The notes beneath the pieces were generated by a model, which saw nothing but the letters and a program-made list of their open reading frames with translations, did no database searches and was not told where the DNA came from. The position numbers and the translations under genes were made by a program. A DNA stretch of 64,000 bases, taken from contig CAWJGT010000019.1 of assembly GCA_963842525.1 (NCBI GenBank), positions 384,001-448,000 on the forward strand, given 5' to 3'. This stretch comes from an uncultured Holophagales bacterium. Lineage in GTDB: Bacteria > Acidobacteriota > Thermoanaerobaculia > Multivoradales > UBA5704. Of this stretch, positions 19,816-28,630 are shown one piece after another; the first letter of the stretch is position 1, and the number at the start of each line of letters is the position of its first letter.

Positions 19816-21036
19816 ATGCGAGACCTGCGTAATCCGATATTGCTGACCGTGGCCCTGTGCCTTGCGGCCGGGGCCGTCCTTGCCGCGGACTGGCCGCAGT
19901 ACCGCGGCCCCAACCGGGACGGCATCTCCCGCGAGACCGGCCTGCTCAAGAGCTGGCCGGCTGGAGGGCCCAAAGTGCTCTGGAAGGTGCCGTCCGGCGA
20001 CGGGTACTCCCACATGTCGGTCACCGGCGGCCGCCTCTACACGATGATCGGCCAGGGTGGGGACGAGGTGGTCGTCGCCCATGACGCTGCGACCGGCAAG
20101 CAGGTCTGGCGCGTCCGCGCCGACGCCAAGTACAGCAGCGACCAGGGCGACGGCCCGCGCTCGACCCCGGTCGTCGACGGCGGCATGGTCTACGCCTTGA
20201 GCGCCGGCGGCAAGCTCCTGGCCCTGAACGCGCAGACCGGCAAGGAGGCCTGGCGGCACGACCTGCCTGCCGAGATGGGCGCCGAGCCGCCGCAGTGGGG
20301 GATCTCCACCACGCCGCTGGTCGAGGGCAATCTCCTGCTGGTGGACGTCGGCGGCTCGGACGGCAAGTCGCTCGCCGCCTTCGACAAGAAGACCGGCAAG
20401 GTGGTGTGGACCTCGCAGACCGACCGGGCCGGCTATTCGGCGCCCATCGGCATCACGGTCAATGGCGTGCGCATGGTGATCTTCTTCACCGGCTCCTCGG
20501 TGGTCGCCGTGGCTCCGGCGGACGGCAAGCCCCTCTGGCGGGTGCCCTGGCGGACCGACTGGGACGTGAACGCGGCGACGCCGATCTTCATCGCGCCGGA
20601 CAAGCTGTACGTCTCTTCGGGCTACGACACCGGGGCCGGCCTCTTCCGCATCAAGGCGGCCGGCAAGCTGGCCATGGTCGAGGAGGTCTGGAAGAGCCGC
20701 GGCATGAAGAACAGGTTCAGCTCCTCGGTGCTCCACAACGGGCACATCTATGGTTTCGACGAGAAGACCTTCAAATGCATCGAGGCCGCCACGGGCAAGG
20801 AAAAGTGGAAGCAGGGCGGGCTCGGCCACGGCTCGCTGATCCTTGCCGACGGCCATCTGATCGTCCTTTCCGAAAGCGGCCGGCTGGTGCTGGTCGAGGC
20901 GACCCCGGCGGCCTACCGCGAGAAGGCGGGCGTCGATGTCCTTTCCGGCCGGTGCTGGACCGCGCCGACCCTCGCCAACGGAGTCCTCTACGTACGTAAC
21001 CAGGAGACGATGCTGGCCCTCAAGGTGGCCGGCTGA
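19816..21036 (+). CDS. Secreted PQQ-like beta-propeller protein
   Basis: Signal peptide, DWPQYRGPNRDG, GPRSTP, AFDKKTGKVVW. Confidence 0.88.
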   Translation: MRDLRNPILLTVALCLAAGAVLAADWPQYRGPNRDGISRETGLLKSWPAGGPKVLWKVPSGDGYSHMSVTGGRLYTMIGQGGDEVVVAHDAATGKQVWRVRADAKYSSDQGDGPRSTPVVDGGMVYALSAGGKLLALNAQTGKEAWRHDLPAEMGAEPPQWGISTTPLVEGNLLLVDVGGSDGKSLAAFDKKTGKVVWTSQTDRAGYSAPIGITVNGVRMVIFFTGSSVVAVAPADGKPLWRVPWRTDWDVNAATPIFIAPDKLYVSSGYDTGAGLFRIKAAGKLAMVEEVWKSRGMKNRFSSSVLHNGHIYGFDEKTFKCIEAATGKEKWKQGGLGHGSLILADGHLIVLSESGRLVLVEATPAAYREKAGVDVLSGRCWTAPTLANGVLYVRNQETMLALKVAG

Positions 21037-21044
21037 ATAAACCC

Positions 21045-23231
21045 ATGAATACCCGGAAGCTGTTTGGCTGCCTCGCCGTCTGCGCGTTCCTCGCGCTCCC
21101 CGGTGTTGCACAGCAGGAAGGAAATACGGAGGAGGATCGATCCTCCCAGGAATCGCAGGAGCCGGTCGCCTCCTACGAGGACGTCCTGTTCGTGGAGGAT
21201 TCCCTCCCCTACGTGCCGGACTCGAACACCATCGCGACCAAGCTGCCGCTGCCGCTCCTGCAGACCCCGGCGAGCGTCGGCGTGGTGAGCCAGCCGCTCT
21301 TCCAGGAGCAGGGAGCGATCAGCCTGGGCGACGCCCTGCGCAACATCAGCGGCATGAACGTCCAGACGCAGAACGGCGTGGCCGACTACTTCCTGGTGCG
21401 CGGCTTCGACTCGGTGGCCAACGGCCTGGTGATGACCGACGGTGCCCCCGAGCCCGAGATCAGCTTCTACCAGCTCTACAACATCGAGCGGGTCGAGGTC
21501 CTGAAAGGCCCCGGCGGCTTCCTGTACGGAGCCTACCCGATCGCCGCGACGGTCAACATGGTCCGCAAGCAGCCCGCGCCGGGCCAGTTCGTGGACCTCG
21601 GGGTGTCGGCCGGGAGCTTCGGCACCCTCGGCGGCACGCTCGACTGGAACACGGGTGGGGACGGCCCGTTCGGCTTCCGTCTCAACGGGCTGTGGCAGGA
21701 GTCCGACGGCTATCGCGACGACAAGCCCAGCGAGGTGCGGGGGGTGAACCCCGCCTTCTCCTGGCGCACCGGGACCCGGGGCGTGCTCAACGTCAACTTC
21801 GAGTTTCTGGACTCCAGCTTTTCCCCCGACGCCGGGCTTCCCCTGGTGACGGTCTTCGGTCCGCCGCGCCCCGGCGGACCTTTCCCCATCCCCGGACCGC
21901 CGGTCGGCATGGCAGTGGCGGACGTGCCGCGCACCCGATCGTACCAGTCCCCGTTCGATCGTTCGGAGCAGGAGACCCGGCGCGCCCAGATCGACTACGA
22001 GACGGAGGTCTCGAGCCGGCTGTCGCTGCGCAACAAGACCTTCTACCGGCGTCTCGACTGGCTTTCGGACGGCACGATCCTGAACGGCGTCCTCCCTGGT
22101 TTCGGCTTCTTCCCCGACCAGGTCATCCGCACCCTCGTGCTCCTCGCCGACACGCAGGAGTTCCTCGGCAACCAATTCGAAGCGGTCTACACGGCCAAGA
22201 CCGGCAACGTCGGCCACCGTCTTCTGGCCGGCGTCGAGGTCGGGCAGTACGACGACCAATTCACGCTGGATTTTGCTCTGCTGCCCCTCATCAACCTGAA
22301 CAATCCGGTGGAGACGGCGCGAGAACCGCTGCAGCGGTTCCCCAACCAGGCGGCGGACGCATCGAGCCGGGTCCTGGCGCCTTATGTGATCGATCAGATC
22401 GCCTTCTCCGACCGCTTCCAGGTCACCGTGGGCGGGCGCTTCGACGACATCGACTATGAGGACGAGGTCTCCGGGACCTCGCGCGACTTCTCGAAGGTCT
22501 CGCCGATCCTGGGGTTCGTCTACTCGCCGACCGCCTCGTTCTCCCTGTACGCCAACGCCGGCGAGGCCTTTGCGCCGCCGTCTTCGCGCGTCGTCGGGGA
22601 GCGCAAGGCGGAAGAGAGCCGGCAGGCCGAGGTGGGAGCCAAGGCCGAGCTCTGGGGCGGGCGGATGCAGACGACGCTCGCCGTCTACGAGCTGGAGCGC
22701 GAAAACGTTGCGATCCCGGACCTCACCGGCTTCATCCAGCAGACCGGCACCCAGCGTTCCCGCGGCGTCGAGCTGGAGGTCGCGGCCGAGCCGGTCCGCG
22801 CTCTGCGCACGCTCTTCGCTTACGCGTACACCGACTCGGAGCTCACCCGCTTTTCCGAATTCGTGATCACCGGCCCCAACCCGACGGACTTCCAGGTGAT
22901 CGACCGCTCGGGCAACACCTCGGCCTTCGCTCCCGAGCACATCGCCAACCTCTGGGTGAGCCGGACCTTCGGCGCCGGCCTCGGCGTGGCGGGCGGCGCG
23001 CGCTACCTTTCGAAGCAGTTCATCGACGCGGCCAACTCGTTCGAGATCGACGAGACCCTGACTTTCGATGCCGCCCTGTTCCTGGACCGCGGAGACTGGC
23101 GCTGGAGCGTCAACGCCCGCAACCTGACGGATGAAGAGTACTGGACGCAGGGATTCGGCTCGACCTCGGTCCTGCCGGCTCCAGGCCTCACGGTCCAGGG
23201 CGGAGTCCAGTACCGTTTTTCGCTGAGGTAA
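21045..23231 (+). CDS. TonB-dependent receptor
   Basis: Plug ATKLPLPLLQTPASV...NIERVEVLKGPG; beta-barrel; C-terminal GGVQYRF. Confidence 0.92.
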   Translation: MNTRKLFGCLAVCAFLALPGVAQQEGNTEEDRSSQESQEPVASYEDVLFVEDSLPYVPDSNTIATKLPLPLLQTPASVGVVSQPLFQEQGAISLGDALRNISGMNVQTQNGVADYFLVRGFDSVANGLVMTDGAPEPEISFYQLYNIERVEVLKGPGGFLYGAYPIAATVNMVRKQPAPGQFVDLGVSAGSFGTLGGTLDWNTGGDGPFGFRLNGLWQESDGYRDDKPSEVRGVNPAFSWRTGTRGVLNVNFEFLDSSFSPDAGLPLVTVFGPPRPGGPFPIPGPPVGMAVADVPRTRSYQSPFDRSEQETRRAQIDYETEVSSRLSLRNKTFYRRLDWLSDGTILNGVLPGFGFFPDQVIRTLVLLADTQEFLGNQFEAVYTAKTGNVGHRLLAGVEVGQYDDQFTLDFALLPLINLNNPVETAREPLQRFPNQAADASSRVLAPYVIDQIAFSDRFQVTVGGRFDDIDYEDEVSGTSRDFSKVSPILGFVYSPTASFSLYANAGEAFAPPSSRVVGERKAEESRQAEVGAKAELWGGRMQTTLAVYELERENVAIPDLTGFIQQTGTQRSRGVELEVAAEPVRALRTLFAYAYTDSELTRFSEFVITGPNPTDFQVIDRSGNTSAFAPEHIANLWVSRTFGAGLGVAGGARYLSKQFIDAANSFEIDETLTFDAALFLDRGDWRWSVNARNLTDEEYWTQGFGSTSVLPAPGLTVQGGVQYRFSLR

Positions 23232-23235
23232 GCTC

Positions 23236-24543
23236 ATGACGTATGACGTAATTGTGATCGGTGGTGGGCCGGCAGGTGCCACGGCAGCGACGTTGATCGC
23301 GCAGAAGGGGCACAAGGTGCTCCTGCTCGAGAGGCTGCGCTTCCCGCGCTTCAAGATCGGCGAGTCGTTGATGCCGGCGACCTATTGGACGCTCGAGAGG
23401 CTGGGCGTGCTGGAGAAGATGAAGGCCAGCGGGTTCGTGCCCAAGCACAGCGTCCAGTTCTCCAGCCCGGCGGGCCGGTTCTCCAGGCCCTTCTATTTCT
23501 CGGAGACCGATCCGCACGAAAGCTCGGTCACCTGGCAGGTGCTGCGCAGCGAGTTCGACGCCATGCTCCTCGACAACGCCCGCGGGCATGGGGTCGAGGT
23601 GCGCGAGGAGGCGCCGGTGAAGGAGGTGCTGTTCGAGGGCGACCGGGCGGTGGGCGTCCGCGTCGAGTTCGGCGGCGAGGGAGAGGAGAGCGCCGGGTCC
23701 GTCCGGCCCGGGCAGAACGGAGGGCGGCGCAGGACGGGACAGGCCCAGGACATTTTTTGCAAGGTGGTCGTCGACGCGAGCGGCCAGAGCTCGCTCATCG
23801 CGCGCAAGCTGGGGCTGCGCCGGCACGACCCCGAGCTGAAGAAGGCCTCGTTCTTCACCCACTTCCAGGGGGCGTACCGCGACCCCGGCATCGACGAGGG
23901 GGCGACGCTGGTCCTCCACACCGAGGGGGCAAAATCCTGGTTCTGGTACATCCCGCTGCACGACGACAAGGTGAGCGTCGGCGTGGTCGGCGGCATCGAC
24001 CATCTCGTGACCGGCCGCGTGGCCAATCCACAGCAGGTCTTCGACGAGGAGGTGGCGCGATGCCCGCCGCTGCCGGGCCGGCTGGAAGGTGCGAAGCAGC
24101 TCTTCCCGGTCGTGGCGACGCGCGACTTCTCGTACAAGTCGAGCCGCATCGCCGGCGACGGTTGGGTGCTGGCCGGGGACGCCTTCGGCTTCCTCGACCC
24201 GATCTATTCGTCGGGCGTCCTCCTGGCGCTCAAGTCGGGCGAGCTGGCGGCTGATGCGGTCAACGATGCGCTCGCCGCCGGCGACGTCTCGGGGACCCGC
24301 CTGGGCGCCCATGGCCCGCGTTTCCTGGCCGGCATGGAGGCCATGCGCAAGCTGGTCTATGCCTACTACGAGCAGGATTTCAGCTTCGCGAAGTTCCTGC
24401 GCCGCTTTCCGGACCAGCGCATCGAGCTGATCCATCTGCTGGTTGGCAACGTTTTCCGGGAGGAGGCCGGCAACCTCTTCGAGGACATGGGGCAGATGAT
24501 CCGGTTGCCGGAAGCTGGCTATCTCGAGGCGATGAACCCTTGA
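23236..24543 (+). CDS. Flavin-dependent halogenase-like oxidoreductase
   Basis: GGGPAG, FKIGESL, Lys in GFVPKH, WFWYIP (WxWxIP), GDAFGFLDPIYSSG. Confidence 0.75.
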   Translation: MTYDVIVIGGGPAGATAATLIAQKGHKVLLLERLRFPRFKIGESLMPATYWTLERLGVLEKMKASGFVPKHSVQFSSPAGRFSRPFYFSETDPHESSVTWQVLRSEFDAMLLDNARGHGVEVREEAPVKEVLFEGDRAVGVRVEFGGEGEESAGSVRPGQNGGRRRTGQAQDIFCKVVVDASGQSSLIARKLGLRRHDPELKKASFFTHFQGAYRDPGIDEGATLVLHTEGAKSWFWYIPLHDDKVSVGVVGGIDHLVTGRVANPQQVFDEEVARCPPLPGRLEGAKQLFPVVATRDFSYKSSRIAGDGWVLAGDAFGFLDPIYSSGVLLALKSGELAADAVNDALAAGDVSGTRLGAHGPRFLAGMEAMRKLVYAYYEQDFSFAKFLRRFPDQRIELIHLLVGNVFREEAGNLFEDMGQMIRLPEAGYLEAMNP

Positions 24544-24767
24544 AAAAGCCCGCATGGAAGTGGCCGCTCTATGCGGCTTTGGCGGTGCTCTACCTGCTGC
24601 ACAACGACCTGTGGCTGTGGAATGATCCGTCCCTGGTCTTCGGCATGCCGGTGGGGATCGCCTACCATGTGGCCTTCTGTGCCGCCACCTCGATCGTGCT
24701 CACGCTGCTGGTGATCTACGCCTGGCCGGAGCACCTGGACGCCGAGGCGGAGGAGAGGCGGCCTTGA
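24540..24767 (+). CDS. Small membrane protein (DUF3311-like), symporter partner
   Basis: Two TM segments, LLHNDLWLW...VFGMPVG; directly upstream of the SSS gene. Confidence 0.7.
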   Translation: MKKPAWKWPLYAALAVLYLLHNDLWLWNDPSLVFGMPVGIAYHVAFCAATSIVLTLLVIYAWPEHLDAEAEERRP

Positions 24768-26226
24768 CCCTCGCGATCATTGCCGTTTATCTCGTCGCCG
24801 TGCTGGTGATCGGCATCTTCAGCCACCGCTTCTTCCGCGGCACGAGCGAGGACTGGTTCGTCGCCGCCCGCACGCTGGGTCCGTTCATCCTCCTGGTCTC
24901 GCTGTTCGGCGCCAACATGACCGCCTTCACCCTGCTCGGCGCCTCGGGCGAGGCGTACATGGAAGGGATCGGCGTCTTCGCGCTGATGGCCTCCTCGTCG
25001 GCGCTGGTCATCCCGACGGTCTTCTTCTTCGTGGGCACAAGGGTCTGGGCCCTGGGCAAGCGGCGCGGCTATCTCACGCCGGTCCAGCTCTTCCGCGAAC
25101 GGTGGGGTTCGGACGCGCTGGGGTTGCTCATCTTCATCGTACAGATCGCCCTTCTTGTTCCCTATCTGCTGATCGGAGTCATGGGCGGCGGCATCACCCT
25201 GACCCAGGTGACGGACGGGCAGGTGCCCGACTGGGTCGGCGGCCTCGTCATCTGCGTCGTGGTGCTCGCCTATACGACCTACGGCGGGATGCGGGGGACG
25301 ATCTGGGTCAATGTCTTTCAAACGGCCGTGCTGATCGCCCTGGGATCGATCGCCTTCTGGGTGATCGTCCACAAGCTCGGCGGCCTGGAAGACGCCATGG
25401 CGCGGGTGGCCGCGAGCCATCCGGACATGCTGATCCGGGGGGAGCACATCCAGCCCTGGAAGCTGCTGACCTACACCTGCATCCCGCTGTCGGTCGGCAT
25501 GTTCCCTCACATGTTCGTCCACTGGCTGACGGCGCGCAGCGCGGGCGCCTTCCGCGCGCCCCTGGCCTTCTACCCGGTCTGCATCGCCATCGTCTGGGTG
25601 CCGAGCGTAGTGCTGGGCGTGCTCGCCCGCCCGGATTTCCCGAACCTGAACGCGGCGGCGGCCAACTCGGTGCTGGTCAAGATGATCGACCTCTACGCTC
25701 CGGGGTTCCTCGCCGGGCTGCTCGCTGCCGGCGTCTTCGCCGCGATCATGAACTCTTTCGATTCGCAGGTGCTCTCGGCGGGCACCATGTTCACCCAGGA
25801 CATCGTGCGCCATTACGGCTTCCACGACCGCATGAGCGAGAGCAAGCAGATCATGGTGGGCCGGCTGTTCATCGTCGGCATCCTGATCGCCACCTACATC
25901 CTGTCGCTGTTTGTCGACCGCAGCATCTTCAAGCTCGGCGTCTGGTGCTTCACGGGCTTCGCCGCGCTCTTCCCCGTGGTGGTCGCGGCTCTGTTCTGGA
26001 AGCGCAGCACCAAGTGGGGGGCGTTCGCCTCGACGTGTTGTCGGTCATCGTGCTCTGGCTCTATTTCGTGCGCGTGGGGTGGAATTCCGCCGACTACACG
26101 ATCGGCGGCAGCGGCATCATGCCGGTGGCGGTGATGCTGGTGGTCTCGACCCTCGCCATGATCGTGGGATCGCTGCTGACCCGGCCGCCGGAGCGTGCGG
26201 TCCTTGCGAACTTCTTCCCGCAATGA
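24764..26226 (+). CDS. Sodium:solute symporter; frameshift near 26033
   Basis: Multi-TM, YGGMRG, AAIMNSFDSQ; last TM helices continue in ORF 25102-26226. Confidence 0.85.
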
Positions 26227-26233
26227 AACCGCA

Positions 26234-27535
26234 ATGAAAATCGCCTACATCGCGGCAGGTGCCGGCGGAATGTACTGCGGCACCTGCCTGCACGACAACA
26301 CGCTGGCCGCCGCGTTGCAGCGAAGGGGGCACGACGTCGCCCTGGTGCCGACCTACACGCCGATCCGGACCGACGAGCCCGGCGTGAGCATCGACCGGGT
26401 CTTCTTCGGCGCCGTCAACGTCTACCTGCAACAGAAGATCACAGCCTTCCGGAGCCTGCCGCTGTTCGATCGTCTGCTCGACCGGCCCGGCCTGCTGCGC
26501 CAGGCCGCCAAGCTGGGCGGGTCGACCGATCCCACGTCGCTCGGCGCCCTCACGTTGTCCGTTCTCAAGGGGGAGGACGGCTTCCAGGCCCGCGAGCTGG
26601 CGAAGCTCGTTGACTGGCTGCGCGACGATTTCCGCCCCGAGATCGTCCACCTGACCAACTCCATGTTTGCCGGCTTCGCGCGCACCTTGAAGCGCGAGCT
26701 GGGCGTGCCCGTCCTCTGCTCGCTCCAAGGCGAAGACCTGTTCCTCGACCAGCTCCGCGAGCCCTGGAAAGAAAGGGTTTTCGCGGTGCTGCGCGAACGG
26801 GCGCGCGACGTCGACGCCTTCCTGGTGAACAGCCGCTGGTACGGCGACACCATGGCGGCCTGCCTGGACGTGGAGCCGGAGCGGATGCGCGTCATACCGC
26901 TGGGCGTCTCGCTGGACGGCTATGAGAAGGACAGCGCGCCCGGCGTCTCTGGAGACCCCGGAGATTACCGGCCGCTGACGATCGGCTATCTCGCCCGCAT
27001 CTGTCCCGAAAAGGGGCTTCACGTCCTGGTCGAGGCCTTTCGTCTTCTGACCGCGAGCGAGCCGGGCCCGGTACGGCTCGCCGTGGCCGGCTGGCTCGGG
27101 GAACGGGACCGCTCCTATTTCAAGGACATCCAGGAGCGGATCGCCGGCTGGGGGCTCTCCGGCTTTGTCGAGCACGCCGGCGAGCTGGACCGCGATGGCA
27201 AGCTCCGTTTCCTCCACGGCCTCGATATCCTCTCCGTGCCGACCACCTACAAGGAGCCCAAGGGTCTGTTCGTCCTGGAGGCGCTGGCGAGCGGCGTGCC
27301 GGTGGTGGAGCCGCGGCATGGCAGCTTTCCGGAGATGATCGAGGCGACCGGCGGCGGCGTGCTCGTCGAGCCCGGCTCGGCCGAGGCGCTTGCCGAGGGG
27401 CTGCGGTCGCTGCTGCGCGATCCGGAGAAGCGGCGGGCATTGGGCAGGCAGGGCCGCGAGGCGGTCCACGCCGAGTTTGATGATGAGACGATGGCGAATC
27501 GGACGCTCGCGGTCTATCGAGACGCAATGGGGTGA
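26234..27535 (+). CDS. Glycosyltransferase family 4 with N-terminal CxxC
   Basis: MYCGTCLHD; GYLARICPEKG; EPKGLFVLEALASGVPVV. Confidence 0.85.
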   Translation: MKIAYIAAGAGGMYCGTCLHDNTLAAALQRRGHDVALVPTYTPIRTDEPGVSIDRVFFGAVNVYLQQKITAFRSLPLFDRLLDRPGLLRQAAKLGGSTDPTSLGALTLSVLKGEDGFQARELAKLVDWLRDDFRPEIVHLTNSMFAGFARTLKRELGVPVLCSLQGEDLFLDQLREPWKERVFAVLRERARDVDAFLVNSRWYGDTMAACLDVEPERMRVIPLGVSLDGYEKDSAPGVSGDPGDYRPLTIGYLARICPEKGLHVLVEAFRLLTASEPGPVRLAVAGWLGERDRSYFKDIQERIAGWGLSGFVEHAGELDRDGKLRFLHGLDILSVPTTYKEPKGLFVLEALASGVPVVEPRHGSFPEMIEATGGGVLVEPGSAEALAEGLRSLLRDPEKRRALGRQGREAVHAEFDDETMANRTLAVYRDAMG

Positions 27536-27536
27536 C

Positions 27537-27950
27537 ATGCACGAATTCCGGACGCAGCGCAGGGTCGAGTTCTCGGACACCGACGTGGGGGGCATCGTCC
27601 ACTTCGCCCGCTTCTTCGTCTTCATGGAGACCGCCGAGCACGAGTTCTTGCGCGCCCTGGGCACCAGCGTCCACCTGGACGTCGACGGCCAGAAGATCGG
27701 CTGGCCCAGGGTTTCGGCCACCTGCGAGTACCTGTCGCCGGCCCGCTTCGAGGAGGTGCTGGACATCCTGGTCCGGGTGGAGCGGAAGGGGAGCAAGTCG
27801 ATGACCTATGGGTTTGAGATCACCCGCGGTGAGACGGCTATTGCACGCGGCAGGATCACTTCGGTCTGCTGCATCCTGAACGCGCCTGGAGGGGTGAAAG
27901 CCATTCCCATTCCCGACTTCCTCGCCGATCGGATCGAGGAGGCGCCGTGA
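27537..27950 (+). CDS. Hotdog-fold acyl-CoA thioesterase
   Basis: RVEFSDTDVGGIVHFARFF motif. Confidence 0.85.
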   Translation: MHEFRTQRRVEFSDTDVGGIVHFARFFVFMETAEHEFLRALGTSVHLDVDGQKIGWPRVSATCEYLSPARFEEVLDILVRVERKGSKSMTYGFEITRGETAIARGRITSVCCILNAPGGVKAIPIPDFLADRIEEAP

Positions 27951-28630
27951 GGCTCCTCCTCCGCGACGTCTCCAAGCACTTCGACACCGCCGCCGGCCCC
28001 GTCGCGGTGCTGCGCGGCATCTCCTTCGAGATGGCGGAAGGAGAGGCGCTCTGTGTGATGGGGCCGTCGGGGTCGGGCAAGAGCACGCTTCTGCACCTGA
28101 TCGGCACCCTGGACCGGCCGTCGTCAGGAGTCATCGAGATCGACGGCCGCGCGCCGCATGGGCTGTCCGAGCCGGAGCTGGCCCGCTTCCGCAACCGGTC
28201 GATCGGCTTCGTCTTCCAGGACCCGCACCTGCTGCCGCAGTACTCGGTGCTGGAGAACGTCCTGATCCCGACCCTGGCCTTTCCGCAGAAGGGAGACGAC
28301 CCGGCGGCGCACGAGGCGCGGGCGCGGGAGCTGCTGGACCGCGTCGGGCTCGGCCACCGGCTCGGCCACCGGCCGGCCGAGCTGTCGGGCGGCGAGCGTC
28401 AGCGGGCCGCGGTGGCCCGGGCGCTGATCTACCGGCCCGGCCTGCTGCTCTGCGACGAGCCCACCGGGAGCCTCGACCGCGCCGCCGCCGCTGCCGTGGC
28501 GTCGCTCCTCTTCGAGCTGCACGAGGCGGAGAAGGCCATCCTCCTGGTGGTGACCCACAGCCTGGACCTCGCCGGCCGCTTCGCCCGGCGCGGCGAGTTG
28601 GTGGAGGGACGGCTGTCCTGGTCCGCATGA
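27947..28630 (+). CDS. ABC transporter ATP-binding protein (LolD/MacB-like)
   Basis: GPSGSGKST, LSGGERQR, LLCDEPTG. Confidence 0.92.
   Translation: MRLLLRDVSKHFDTAAGPVAVLRGISFEMAEGEALCVMGPSGSGKSTLLHLIGTLDRPSSGVIEIDGRAPHGLSEPELARFRNRSIGFVFQDPHLLPQYSVLENVLIPTLAFPQKGDDPAAHEARARELLDRVGLGHRLGHRPAELSGGERQRAAVARALIYRPGLLLCDEPTGSLDRAAAAAVASLLFELHEAEKAILLVVTHSLDLAGRFARRGELVEGRLSWSA

Noticed and set aside
9580-21036. Propellers as true PQQ dehydrogenases or BamB
   Set aside because: Only generic blade motifs are seen. There is no quinoprotein ADH vicinal Cys-Cys motif, no pqq genes, and no bam/der context
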